From: Minisyncoccota bacterium
GTDB lineage: Bacteria > Patescibacteriota > Microgenomatia > UBA1400 > UBA12028
Length of the DNA: 64,000 nucleotides
Direction of reading: 5' to 3'
Assembly: GCA_003487265.1 (NCBI GenBank)
Contig: DNEP01000013.1
Span: 125,736 to 189,735, forward strand
A model generated the notes under the pieces. It saw nothing but the letters and a program-made list of their open reading frames with translations. It made no database searches and had not been told where the DNA came from. Shown here piece after piece: positions 20,850-30,681 of this stretch. Each line of letters begins with the position of its first letter. Position 1 is the first letter of the stretch. Both the position numbers and the translations under genes were made by a program.

Positions 20850-23075
20850 GATCCACGCATAAAGATATATATGTGACGGCAAATATTCAAATTCAAGTTC
20901 TGTTGCGTCTTCTTGTTCTAACACTATTTCCATTCCACCCTCAACTCGACGAGGCACAAGCCAATTTCCTCGGTTTACCCTATATTGCCATCCTGGAAAC
21001 CAGTTCATCGCAACAAATATCGTTTGCTTTTCTTTCTGCGGATGAACAAGAAACGAAAATGAGTTTGTGCGCAATCTAAATTCAGAAATCGACGCAGATT
21101 CGTCTCTAGAGCGAACAATCGGTTTCGCCCGCTCATCCTCGAATATCGCATATTGATCCGTTTTTTCGATCAAGCGAAGATGTGATTGAAATTGAGAAAG
21201 ATAGGACTCTGGATAAATGAGAAGATCGAGGAGATAATATCGCACACCGTGATCACGAAGTTTCAGATTCGAAAGCGTGGTTTTCCCCGCTGTGTTCACC
21301 GATATCTCTTCGCTATCATCCCAATACGTATACGCATCCTTCAAAATGAAAGTTGTGTACGCAAATGGCGTGCCGAGCCGATAGGTTTGATTCCATCCCG
21401 AGCTCAACTGCGAAACACGTTGCCGTAACTCCGCATAGTTCTGCGCTTCTGTTGGTGTAAAACGCGAATCGGCAAAGGGAGGACGAACGGAAACATTATA
21501 GAAATAAGTGAATAGATCAGACCAAGGAAGATAATCTGTCGAGGACGCAATTCGAAATAACGCTCCATTTCCTGACGCCATCACTTTTTGCAATGCTTCT
21601 GCCTGAGGAGATTCACTATTCACAATCGACGCTGGTGCAAAAAAGAGGTTCGGACGATGTGCGAAAAAAAGATCTCCGATCATCACCATACTGATAAAAA
21701 ACCAGTGTATTTTTTTTCGAGAAATCAGCACAAGTTGCACACTCAAAAAAAATAAAGCAATACTTGCCGAGTAAAGAATCGCAGACAAAATAACATAATC
21801 GCGATCAAATGTGTGAAATGAACCTCGAACGCGCGTGGAAAGTCCAAACGACTCCCAAAAGACAGGAAACCACGCATGCATCGACGTCTTCATTCCCAGA
21901 ACTATCACGAATAAAAACGTGACACCAACACGAAGCTTTGCCACCAAACTTTTCTGTTCTGCTATTTCTGATATCGCCGGACCCACCACAAGAGAAACGC
22001 ACAGACTCCACAACAAAAGAAATCCCGATGGGTTGCGCAAGATTTTAAGAAATGGAAGATGTGTTACAAAAATATTCGAAAAAGGAAGATATGCTAATGA
22101 AGCAAAAACCATTGAAAAAATCATCAGAAAAAGTATTGTTTTATCACGATGGTCTCGCCTGCGTTTTGAGAAAAGATACCAGATTACTGCAATACACGAA
22201 ACGAGTCCAACATATACGTTTGACTGTCTAAATGAGCCCCATTCTGGACCCCACGCCATCCCAACCGATGGATTGCTAAAGAAATTCGGGATACCCAAAT
22301 TTATCCATAATGCCGGATGAAACGAACCTTCGAGAAGTTGATTCACCGACAACATCGTTCTCGTTGAGTTCGACGCGAGTTCAAAAAAAGGTCCAATATA
22401 CAATGCCAATAATCCAATTGTAAGAACTGCAGATAACATCCAAATCAAAACGTCTTTTTGTATTCCTTCTGGTTTTTTCCAATATCTTGAAAAAACAAAG
22501 ACAGCAGAAAAAATACACGAAAGAATAAATGGTTGTGGGTGACCAGAAATAAATGAGAAAAAGAGAACTACTGGTACCAAAAAGAACGCTTTTCTTGAAA
22601 ATTCTGTTTTGAGTATCACAAAAATCATCCACGGCATCCACGAAACAGAAGCGAGGATACTCATGTTACTCATCACAGAAAACAGCGTCCCCGAAATCAT
22701 CCACGTGAGGATTCCAAGAAATGCCTCGTGTGGTTTTCTGTGAAAAAATAACTGAAGATACCACAATCCCATGGCTCCCCAAAGTATGTGCAAAAAAATA
22801 TACGCATTTGATGCAACAGCAGGAGAGAAAATAAAAAATAAAACCGTCGCAGGATACAACGAACTGTTACTTAAATCGGCAAAAAACGGCGTCCCTCCCA
22901 TAATGTACGGATTCCACCAAGGGAACTCGCCCGATCGAACTTGATTCACAAAGTACACCTTGGTTGGAATGCTCAACGCCAAGTTGTCTCCGTAATACAA
23001 CATTTTCCCTTGAAAAATTGCTGGGGAAAAAATAAACACAAGAACAAAAATAATTCCAAAAATCGATTTTTTCAT
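20751..23075 (-). CDS. YfhO-family membrane protein (GT-C-type glycosyltransferase candidate), 774 aa
   Basis: N-terminal YGDNLALSIPTKVYFVNQVRSGEFPWWNPYIMGGTPFFADLSNSSLYP matches the YfhO signature region. Polytopic N-half and large C-terminal extracytoplasmic domain. Confidence 0.72.
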   Translation of the reverse strand: MKKSIFGIIFVLVFIFSPAIFQGKMLYYGDNLALSIPTKVYFVNQVRSGEFPWWNPYIMGGTPFFADLSNSSLYPATVLFFIFSPAVASNAYIFLHILWGAMGLWYLQLFFHRKPHEAFLGILTWMISGTLFSVMSNMSILASVSWMPWMIFVILKTEFSRKAFFLVPVVLFFSFISGHPQPFILSCIFSAVFVFSRYWKKPEGIQKDVLIWMLSAVLTIGLLALYIGPFFELASNSTRTMLSVNQLLEGSFHPALWINLGIPNFFSNPSVGMAWGPEWGSFRQSNVYVGLVSCIAVIWYLFSKRRRDHRDKTILFLMIFSMVFASLAYLPFSNIFVTHLPFLKILRNPSGFLLLWSLCVSLVVGPAISEIAEQKSLVAKLRVGVTFLFVIVLGMKTSMHAWFPVFWESFGLSTRVRGSFHTFDRDYVILSAILYSASIALFFLSVQLVLISRKKIHWFFISMVMIGDLFFAHRPNLFFAPASIVNSESPQAEALQKVMASGNGALFRIASSTDYLPWSDLFTYFYNVSVRPPFADSRFTPTEAQNYAELRQRVSQLSSGWNQTYRLGTPFAYTTFILKDAYTYWDDSEEISVNTAGKTTLSNLKLRDHGVRYYLLDLLIYPESYLSQFQSHLRLIEKTDQYAIFEDERAKPIVRSRDESASISEFRLRTNSFSFLVHPQKEKQTIFVAMNWFPGWQYRVNRGNWLVPRRVEGGMEIVLEQEDATELEFEYLPSHIYLYAWISIGSLGILVLWIGTTLWGNNLINAKKRINTIR

Positions 23076-23084
23076 GAGCCAGCG

Positions 23085-23639
23085 TTATTTTACCGCTTTT
23101 ACAAAGGTATTTAAACCAAACTCAAAAAGTTCAACCTGAATTGAAGAAAATCCAACCTTTTTGCAGATTGTTTGAAGACTTTCTGGGGTAAAATAATTTT
23201 CGTGTTGTTCAATCATTTCATGCCGAACAAGTCCAATTTTTGAAAAAAGCTCCAATAGCGGTTCGTTCTTTGGAGAAGGAACCGTGATTAATAACACTCC
23301 ATCCTTTTTTAAGATACGATAACATTCCTTCACAATATCCTCGGGATACTTCATATGTTCAAGCACCGCCATCATGGTCACAGTATCTGCGATTTTATCT
23401 TTCAGTGCGATACGTTTTTGGAGATCCTGTTTCATGTAGGTGATGTTGCCAATTTTTTTATTTTTTATTACAATATCCAGACCAATACACCGTTCCATTT
23501 TTGGAGCAACTTCATTCAAAAACACCGAAGGCTCATCGCATCCAACGTCAACATGCACTCCTCCCCACTTCATATGAGGAAGAACTTTTTGAATGCGCAA
23601 TCGCTGAAATAATGGTTCAAAAAAGGGTGGATACATCAT
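23085..23639 (-). CDS. Class I SAM-dependent methyltransferase (Methyltransf_11/23-like)
   Basis: VDVGCDEPSVFLNEV is a motif I-like region. Downstream VTMMAVLEHMKYPEDIVKECYRILKKDGVLLITVP. Start at ATGATG overlapping upstream TGA (23636..23639). Confidence 0.75.
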   Translation of the reverse strand: MMYPPFFEPLFQRLRIQKVLPHMKWGGVHVDVGCDEPSVFLNEVAPKMERCIGLDIVIKNKKIGNITYMKQDLQKRIALKDKIADTVTMMAVLEHMKYPEDIVKECYRILKKDGVLLITVPSPKNEPLLELFSKIGLVRHEMIEQHENYFTPESLQTICKKVGFSSIQVELFEFGLNTFVKAVK

Positions 23640-24331
23640 ACAGAAAAACCTTTCATACGTAATGAAATAATTGTTTGAAGCGCATAAATGCCGTCTTTCC
23701 ACGTGATCTTTTTTCCTTCTTCATATGTTCTCCCAACATATGAGATTGGTACTTCCATAATTTTTTTCTTAAGCAACAACAACTTGCATGTGATTTCCGG
23801 TTCGATTCGAAAATCGTTTTCTTCAAGCCGCAGTTCGCGCATGATCTTTGTTGGTATGATTTTGTAACACGTTTCCATATCTGAAAGAATCGTGTCAAAA
23901 AGAATGTTGATAATAAAATTCAACATTTTGTTTCCCAAAAAATGCCAATAAAACATGTTCGTTCTCGCGCCGATAAATCGCGAACCAAACACAATGTCCG
24001 CTCTTCCTGAAAGAATTGGATCCAACAGTGTGGGTATATCAAAAGGACTGTATTCAAGATCCGCATCTTGAATTAATACATGCGAGCCAGTTACTTTCCG
24101 CAATCCTCGTTGAATTGCTTTCCCTTTCCCTTGATTTTTTTCTTGTTTGAGATAGATGATTTTCTTGGATTTCACAGAACGAACTTTTTTTGCGGTTGAA
24201 TCGGTGGAGCAATCGTCAATGACAATGATTTCTTTAATTCTTCTAATTTCCAGAAGTTGTCCAAGCACTCGCTGAATTGTTTTTTCTTCGTTATATGCAG
24301 GAACCAAAACTGATAATGAAACGACACTCAT
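23636..24331 (-). CDS. Glycosyltransferase family 2, polyprenyl-phosphate sugar synthase-like
   Basis: MSVVSLSVLVPAYNEEKTIQRVL...IIVIDDCSTDST...LIQDADLEY. Start at ATG 24331 in ATGA overlap. Confidence 0.85.
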   Translation of the reverse strand: MSVVSLSVLVPAYNEEKTIQRVLGQLLEIRRIKEIIVIDDCSTDSTAKKVRSVKSKKIIYLKQEKNQGKGKAIQRGLRKVTGSHVLIQDADLEYSPFDIPTLLDPILSGRADIVFGSRFIGARTNMFYWHFLGNKMLNFIINILFDTILSDMETCYKIIPTKIMRELRLEENDFRIEPEITCKLLLLKKKIMEVPISYVGRTYEEGKKITWKDGIYALQTIISLRMKGFSV

Positions 24332-26061
24332 GTTTCTCCTTTTGAGGTTCGAGTATACGAGAAAAGAGATGATGTCGCAAGACGAAAAATGATCATTCCG
24401 ATAGAAAAGATCAGGATACCTCCAAAAGAAGCAATGGTTCCCCAAAATCTCGCGGGCGTGTGTTCTGTAAACTGCGCAAATACCAAGTGTTTCCCTGCGG
24501 GAAGACGATATACAATCACCCCAGGATATTCATGATCGTCGTTGATAATCTCTATGTGTTGATTATTTGAAAAAACCTCCCAACCCGGAAAATAGGCAGT
24601 TCGTTGAATCACAAATGTTTCGCGGTCAAGAGAAAATTGATACTTCATTTGTGTCCCATCCCAAACTGAGATTTCATACGGAATCGACTGAAGCTCACAA
24701 TCAAATGCATCTGATGGAACACAATCGGAAAACCGAAAACTCACGCGATCTTGAACATGTCGCTTGGTATACTGCAACATCCAAATAGGAGTTAATTCTT
24801 CGAAAGAACTTCCCACTCCCGTATACTCAAACCAATCATAATCAGTCACCGTTGCGTATCCGCGAATCGAACGATTGATAGATGTTGAAATAAGAAGAGC
24901 GATAATAATACCCACACCTAATACAACACGTGCCCGTTTCCAATCGGCATATATCATCCCCACCAAAATAGAACTACAGAACAGTACGATGTACAGTAAT
25001 CGCCACGGAAACTGGAGGTATTGGAAAAACGAAAGGACGTTCCAAAGAAATGCAGAAACAGGCATCATCATAAACAAAGAAAAAAAGAAACACCCCCAAA
25101 GGTACGATTCCAAAATAGATTTCTTTTGTCTCAGGCGAACCGGAATGATAAACATGAGGAAAAGAGGGATCCATCCGAGATACGCGTTTTTTCTCGTATC
25201 AAACTCATGAAACCGCGTATTCCAACCCGTGATAAATAAACGTACTGTATCTGGAAACTGCTCAACAAATCCTATGCGCTGACTTCGTACCTCAAACTCA
25301 GTGTACTGACGTTCAACAAATGCCGGGATCCAAAACCAGCACGTTGAAAAAATCGCGGTAATTCCCAAAAAAACGAGTAATCGCACGCGCTTCTTCTGTA
25401 CTGCCTGATAGAAAAAGTACGGTCCAAAAAGAAACGACACCACGAAAATCATTGGCTGATGGGAAAGGAGGAATAAAATCAACGTGCCATACAAAAAAAA
25501 CATCGTTGAGAGTCGTGGCTGTTTTTCAAAAAGCAGTTTTTCAAGAAAATAAAACATCCATGGAAAAATAGCAAAAAAAGACATCTCTCCAAATGCACCG
25601 CGACCCAACACATTCAGGATTGTATAAGGAGCAAAGATATACGTAAGAGAAGAAAGAATCGCCCCCATCCAAGGAACTCCTCTTCTTCGAACAAGCATCC
25701 ACATTCCCGAGGCTCCAAAAATGAGAAAAAGAAGATACGTGGACTGATATATTGCTGTTAATGAAATGCGAGACGATCCGAGAACAGAGTACAAAACAGA
25801 ACTGACGGCATACGGAAGATGATACACAAAAAGAAATGTGGGATATCCATATGAAGAAAAAAGATGTGGTGCCCATCGCGGAGGAATTTGCTGATTTTGT
25901 AATGCCAATACATAGTTCGCGACTCGACCCAAATGATGTTCTGCATCATCTGTGACAATCATCTCGTTTGAAAGCAATTGATGATATGGTGACACGACAA
26001 GCAATACGACGACAATCACACAGAAAAAAAGAGTTTGCTGAAAAGAACGCCTCATTACCAC
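24328..26061 (-). CDS. Large polytopic membrane protein, YfhO-like GT-C candidate (family A paralog 2)
   Basis: DDAEHHLGRVANYVLALQNQQIPPRWAPHLFSSYGYPTFLFVYHLPY, paralogous to 2550..4217 and 29028..30680. Confidence 0.6.
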   Translation of the reverse strand: MVMRRSFQQTLFFCVIVVVLLVVSPYHQLLSNEMIVTDDAEHHLGRVANYVLALQNQQIPPRWAPHLFSSYGYPTFLFVYHLPYAVSSVLYSVLGSSRISLTAIYQSTYLLFLIFGASGMWMLVRRRGVPWMGAILSSLTYIFAPYTILNVLGRGAFGEMSFFAIFPWMFYFLEKLLFEKQPRLSTMFFLYGTLILFLLSHQPMIFVVSFLFGPYFFYQAVQKKRVRLLVFLGITAIFSTCWFWIPAFVERQYTEFEVRSQRIGFVEQFPDTVRLFITGWNTRFHEFDTRKNAYLGWIPLFLMFIIPVRLRQKKSILESYLWGCFFFSLFMMMPVSAFLWNVLSFFQYLQFPWRLLYIVLFCSSILVGMIYADWKRARVVLGVGIIIALLISTSINRSIRGYATVTDYDWFEYTGVGSSFEELTPIWMLQYTKRHVQDRVSFRFSDCVPSDAFDCELQSIPYEISVWDGTQMKYQFSLDRETFVIQRTAYFPGWEVFSNNQHIEIINDDHEYPGVIVYRLPAGKHLVFAQFTEHTPARFWGTIASFGGILIFSIGMIIFRLATSSLFSYTRTSKGET

Positions 26062-27614
26062 AAAACGCTTTCAATAGAACTCGCTTCTATCACTTTTATA
26101 TCTGGACTAATCTGAACTTCTGAAAGAATTCTCGAGTACCGCTGTTGCCCCCACCATTCATCAAAAAATCGCTGAACTCCTGGTTTTTCGATAATAAAAA
26201 ATACGCGTTCGGGGGTTCCCTGTTGTTGAGGAAGCGTACGGAGCAACTCTTCTTTTTCCGGAATATAGACCGTTTCGTTCGGTTTATATGAAAACTCAAC
26301 CGGAAGAGGTTTTCCTTGCATCGCCTGCCACAAATATATGTACTGATACGAATAATCGTAGATATCTGGAACGTAATGAAACGACCGATATCGAAGTGTT
26401 CCTGCGCGTTCGCGAATCCACTCAATTGCACGGAGTTTGACGGGGAGCATTTCTTGGCTCTCGTACAATCGATATTTTTCGATTTTCTGATATTGATGCA
26501 GATGTGCAATTGGAGTTGTAATCATCAATACAAGATACACTCCATAAAAAAACCACGGAAGTGTACGGATCATATCTGCAACAAGAAACACAACGACCGG
26601 AAGCAACGAAATAACATACCAAACATTGAAATGAAGAAAGAAATATCCAAATATTGGGAGAAAGAGAAAGATCGCGTACTCTCTCCAGTATGAGGGAACA
26701 ATTCGCGTGCGAAGAATTGAAAGCATCGCGCCAATAAAAATAAACACGAAGAGCAGTTTTGTGTATAACATGATTTGCACATCGAAACGAGAAAAAAGTT
26801 CAGGGAAAACCGCTAACTTCAGTTCACCTGTTATTTGTCGAAAAACATCCAATGACCGCGACAAACTGAACGCATCTTTCGAGGTGGAAGAAAAGTAGGC
26901 AACTACCGAACGCGTTTGCAAAAAGTCATGTCGAACTTCAAAAAGGAGTTGCGGAATAAAGGGAATGAAAAATCCGAGGATAACAGCGCCTATTTTTTGT
27001 GCATCAAGCATTTTCTTGCGAAAAAAAAGAAAGATTGGTAAAAATGCCAGATAAAAAATGGCAAACGCAGCGCTGAAATGAAAACCCATCGATGCGATAA
27101 AGGCTAAAAGAAAATAGTTCATTCGCTTCTGAGGATATGCGTCTATTCGTCGTAGAAAAAGAAAAAACAGTATTGTGATGAGCGACATTGGAAACGGATT
27201 CCACGCGCTTTTGGACATAATGATCCACGATGGTGCGGATCCCAAAATCACCGCTTCGGTTTTCCCAAAGTACTTCCACAATATGAATATTTGAATCAGC
27301 ACAAGAATCTGCATTGTGACTATAGCTGATACAGGATTTCCATTCGAAATTGCGTACGCCGGCGCAAGAAGGTAGTACCATCCCGATCCAAAAAAGACGC
27401 CTGGAATACTCGTCCACGGCCCAATGAGTTTTGGACTCATCGTTCGGATCATATGAAGAATCGCGACAGAATCTTTTCCGTGATCAAAAGAAAATGGAAT
27501 GACATTTTGTGAAATATAGGGAACGCGTGTGAAAAGAAAAATGCACGCAACAAAGAAATATGGGAAAAATCCGCGTGCTCTTTTCAACCAATTTTTGCTC
27601 AAAAACGTTTTCAT
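26055..27614 (-). CDS. Polytopic membrane protein, GT-C-like family B paralog 1
   Basis: FSFDHGKDSVAILHMIRTMSPKLIGPWTSIPGVFFGSGWYYLLAPAYAISNGNP. Motif D(D/H)xxRD/KD...GPxTSxG...YYY...NP is shared with 30682..32190 and 35545..37071. Confidence 0.55.
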   Translation of the reverse strand: MKTFLSKNWLKRARGFFPYFFVACIFLFTRVPYISQNVIPFSFDHGKDSVAILHMIRTMSPKLIGPWTSIPGVFFGSGWYYLLAPAYAISNGNPVSAIVTMQILVLIQIFILWKYFGKTEAVILGSAPSWIIMSKSAWNPFPMSLITILFFLFLRRIDAYPQKRMNYFLLAFIASMGFHFSAAFAIFYLAFLPIFLFFRKKMLDAQKIGAVILGFFIPFIPQLLFEVRHDFLQTRSVVAYFSSTSKDAFSLSRSLDVFRQITGELKLAVFPELFSRFDVQIMLYTKLLFVFIFIGAMLSILRTRIVPSYWREYAIFLFLPIFGYFFLHFNVWYVISLLPVVVFLVADMIRTLPWFFYGVYLVLMITTPIAHLHQYQKIEKYRLYESQEMLPVKLRAIEWIRERAGTLRYRSFHYVPDIYDYSYQYIYLWQAMQGKPLPVEFSYKPNETVYIPEKEELLRTLPQQQGTPERVFFIIEKPGVQRFFDEWWGQQRYSRILSEVQISPDIKVIEASSIESVLW

Positions 27615-29050
27615 TTTCGAAGAAGCGTTCCAAACTCAAATATAACTTTCTTATATCCAAATAAGAGTATCACAACAAGAAAACTTGTTCCAGAAATCAA
27701 GATTCCTTGAGCAAGCGATGACACCGATGCGATGTGCGATGTGTTCCAAAATATTCCCACTGCGATAAGTGCCAAACTCGCGACAAACTGTCTCCACACT
27801 TGATCAAGTACAGAAATCGCAACAAATCGTTTTACATAAATCACGGGCAGGATTGAGGTAAACGAAATAATCGCAGATGCTAACGCGAACCCGTGATATC
27901 CGAAAAAATACATACAAATCGGCGTGACCACCCAAGTCAAAACCGTCCACATCGTCATCAATCGCAAAGTGGTATTGATTTGACCAATTGCGCTCAACGT
28001 ATTTGTGAGCGGAGTTGAAATTCCCGCCCATGCAATGTTCACACAAAAGAAATATAACGAAAAAAGAGCGGGTTGCCACTTCAAGTAGCGTGGCAATACT
28101 TCGATGAGCGGTAGAGAAAATACTGCCAATCCTGCGAGTAATGGAAAAATTAGCAACGTCACAAAAAACATAGACTTTTCAATCGCCCGTTTTAATTGTT
28201 GAGGATGATCTTGTAATCTTGAAAACGTTGGAAAGGTTACCGCCATCACCGAGTTCACCGTGAATTGATAGGGAAACATTGACCACCGCTTCGACCAACT
28301 TATGTATCCCATCTCGGTATCCTTGATCATCAACGAAATGAACACCACGAAAAAATCATCTTTGATTCGTGCCAAAAAATCGTTGAGTTGAAAAGCAACA
28401 CCGAATCGAAGCAAACCCTGTAATGCTTGACGTGAAAACGAAAACCCAATTTTCCAGGATCGTAACGCGTACATCACAACGACGCCAACAACGCCACGCG
28501 CGAGCACTGCGTACGTGTAACTGGAAACGCCTTTTCCCTGAGAAGCTGCCCAAATCGCAACACCATAGAAAACAAGATTTTCAAAAATCTGTGGAAAGAC
28601 TAAAGTGTTGAATTTCAATTCGCGTTCAAGCAAAATTGAAGGAATTGTTTTTAAAGAAGCAAGAACAAATGAAAAGCCTAATGCGTATAACAGATATAGA
28701 GATTGTCCCGAAATCTTCGAAACGTGTATCCAAAATGGCGTTAACAGTACAATCACCAAAAAAATAAGCATCGCTAAACCCTGTTGAACAGTAAAGGTCG
28801 TTCGAAGTTCGAGAAGTGTTGGCTCTTCTTTTTTTTGGATAAGCGATGCAGCCAAACCAATATCAGAAAGAAAAGTAAATACATTTACCGCAGAAGTGAC
28901 AACAAAAAATACGCCAAAATCTGCTGGCACAAGATAATACCCCAACAACAATTGCGCAACAAATCCAATCCCTTGCAGAAGCAGGGATCGGAGTGCATAT
29001 CCAATCACTCCACGGATAGATCGTTTTCTAATGTTTTCGATAGTCTGCAT
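27611..29050 (-). CDS. Wzx-type polysaccharide/lipid-linked oligosaccharide flippase (MOP superfamily)
   Basis: 479 aa with about 12-14 TM. N-terminal region GYALRSLLLQGIGFVAQLLLGYYLVPADFGVF...LSDIGLAASLIQ is typical of the Polysacc_synt/Wzx family. Confidence 0.72.
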   Translation of the reverse strand: MQTIENIRKRSIRGVIGYALRSLLLQGIGFVAQLLLGYYLVPADFGVFFVVTSAVNVFTFLSDIGLAASLIQKKEEPTLLELRTTFTVQQGLAMLIFLVIVLLTPFWIHVSKISGQSLYLLYALGFSFVLASLKTIPSILLERELKFNTLVFPQIFENLVFYGVAIWAASQGKGVSSYTYAVLARGVVGVVVMYALRSWKIGFSFSRQALQGLLRFGVAFQLNDFLARIKDDFFVVFISLMIKDTEMGYISWSKRWSMFPYQFTVNSVMAVTFPTFSRLQDHPQQLKRAIEKSMFFVTLLIFPLLAGLAVFSLPLIEVLPRYLKWQPALFSLYFFCVNIAWAGISTPLTNTLSAIGQINTTLRLMTMWTVLTWVVTPICMYFFGYHGFALASAIISFTSILPVIYVKRFVAISVLDQVWRQFVASLALIAVGIFWNTSHIASVSSLAQGILISGTSFLVVILLFGYKKVIFEFGTLLRK

Positions 29051-30680
29051 ACAGCGTTACTCCAATATAAACAAACCACGCTACAATTGAGATACCATCC
29101 GCAATACGTCGTAAAGGCGTTGATTCAAAACGAGCACTTACCGTCCACTCTCCCGCCTCTAATGGTACCTCATATATTCCCGCATCTGTGATGATCGGTT
29201 CTACTTTTTCACCGTTTATATAAAATGTCCATCCAGGAAAGATGGCGATAGAAAAAACAAGACTGTTCGGATCGGAAAGACGTGTTTGGACAAGCATCTC
29301 ATGCGTTCGATCAACCTTTGTATCCACCGAAGGTCCTTCACGCTTGAACGAAACTCTAGTATCAGGGACGGGTGGTTCTGATTGCGAAATGGTAATGGGA
29401 ATATAATCGGGTAGGATTCCGCTCATTTCTTTCTGGATTTTTTTTACATCTGTGTAGTACAGCGCTTCGGGGTTTTCCATCCGCTCTTTTGGAAGATATG
29501 TGTTTCCAATCGAAAGCAATAGAGCAAAAATACAACTCGCGGCAACAGATGCGCGGACAACTGCCTCACGAATGCTCGTGAACAGCGAACCTATTAGCAA
29601 AGGAATAATCAGCGTTGCGATGCTCAAGAATCTCCAAGGAAACTGAAAATAGGACATCAGTGGAACACGGTCCCAAATAAAACTCGATTTAAATGAACTC
29701 AACAACAGTGATGCCCCAAGAACAACGATTGCATACAATACGACTTTATGTGTAGAACGCGAAAATTGTCGAAACGATCGAAGGTATGCTATTCCCGCGA
29801 TACACATAAGCGCAATTTGAATTACACCTAAAGAAAACGAAAGTCCATCTTCAATCCCCAAGATCGATCCACCATATCCCCATGTCCCCGAAAACAATTG
29901 GCGGAGATATAAGAAATGAAACTTATAGTTTCCATATCCCCCAATCAAAGTATCAACTCGCGTATACTGTTTTTCAAAAAACGAAGGAAGGAGATAAAAC
30001 ATCGCCATCCCTCCACCCAACAGAAAACCAGATCCAATAGAAAGGAGCGCTCGCAAATTTTGACGTGAAGCGCGCACCAATGCGTACCCCACCAGCACAG
30101 GAACGAACATCAACGTCATTAAGTTGTGTGAAGTAAACATTAAAAATGAAAAAAATGATATAAACAGTATGCTTTTTGCATGTGATTTTTCATAGGCGAG
30201 CTCTATTCCATGTAAAATCCAAGGAACCATTGAAATTGCGAACATTTCGTTCCACGCGCCTCGAACGTAGATGTCTAACATTCGATACGGAAAGACGAGA
30301 AACGCGACCGAAGAAACCGTCGCCCCCACAACTCCAAACCACCGTTTTGCATACACAAACATCCCCATTGCACCAAGGAAGGTAAATACAAAATACAGCA
30401 TCTTGATTGAAAAAATCGGCGATTGCGAGAGGAAAAGGATGCCAGAAGCAATATAGTACGGCGTTGGACCATAAAATTGAAAAAGTGGCATCCCATACCC
30501 ATATCCAAGATTGCGGGACCAGCGCACAGGAAAATGGCCATCCTGTAACGCACGATCCATCTCCACTAATCGCGTAACAAGCGTAAAGTCGTGAAGCGGA
30601 AAAAATCCCTTCCAAAAAAAGGCACGAGAAGTGAGCACAATTGTAAGCAAAATAACAAAACCGGCGAGCCACGTTCTCAT
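29028..30680 (-). CDS. Large polytopic membrane protein, YfhO-like GT-C candidate (family A paralog 3)
   Basis: HDFTLVTRLVEMDRALQDGHFPVRWSRNLGYGYGMPLFQFYGPTPYY. Confidence 0.6.
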   Translation of the reverse strand: MRTWLAGFVILLTIVLTSRAFFWKGFFPLHDFTLVTRLVEMDRALQDGHFPVRWSRNLGYGYGMPLFQFYGPTPYYIASGILFLSQSPIFSIKMLYFVFTFLGAMGMFVYAKRWFGVVGATVSSVAFLVFPYRMLDIYVRGAWNEMFAISMVPWILHGIELAYEKSHAKSILFISFFSFLMFTSHNLMTLMFVPVLVGYALVRASRQNLRALLSIGSGFLLGGGMAMFYLLPSFFEKQYTRVDTLIGGYGNYKFHFLYLRQLFSGTWGYGGSILGIEDGLSFSLGVIQIALMCIAGIAYLRSFRQFSRSTHKVVLYAIVVLGASLLLSSFKSSFIWDRVPLMSYFQFPWRFLSIATLIIPLLIGSLFTSIREAVVRASVAASCIFALLLSIGNTYLPKERMENPEALYYTDVKKIQKEMSGILPDYIPITISQSEPPVPDTRVSFKREGPSVDTKVDRTHEMLVQTRLSDPNSLVFSIAIFPGWTFYINGEKVEPIITDAGIYEVPLEAGEWTVSARFESTPLRRIADGISIVAWFVYIGVTLYADYRKH

Positions 30681-30681
30681 A

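Noticed and set aside
30190-30672. 160-aa minus-strand ORF and neighbouring small ORFs
   Set aside because: Alternative frame inside the 29028..30680 family-A gene. No independent support.
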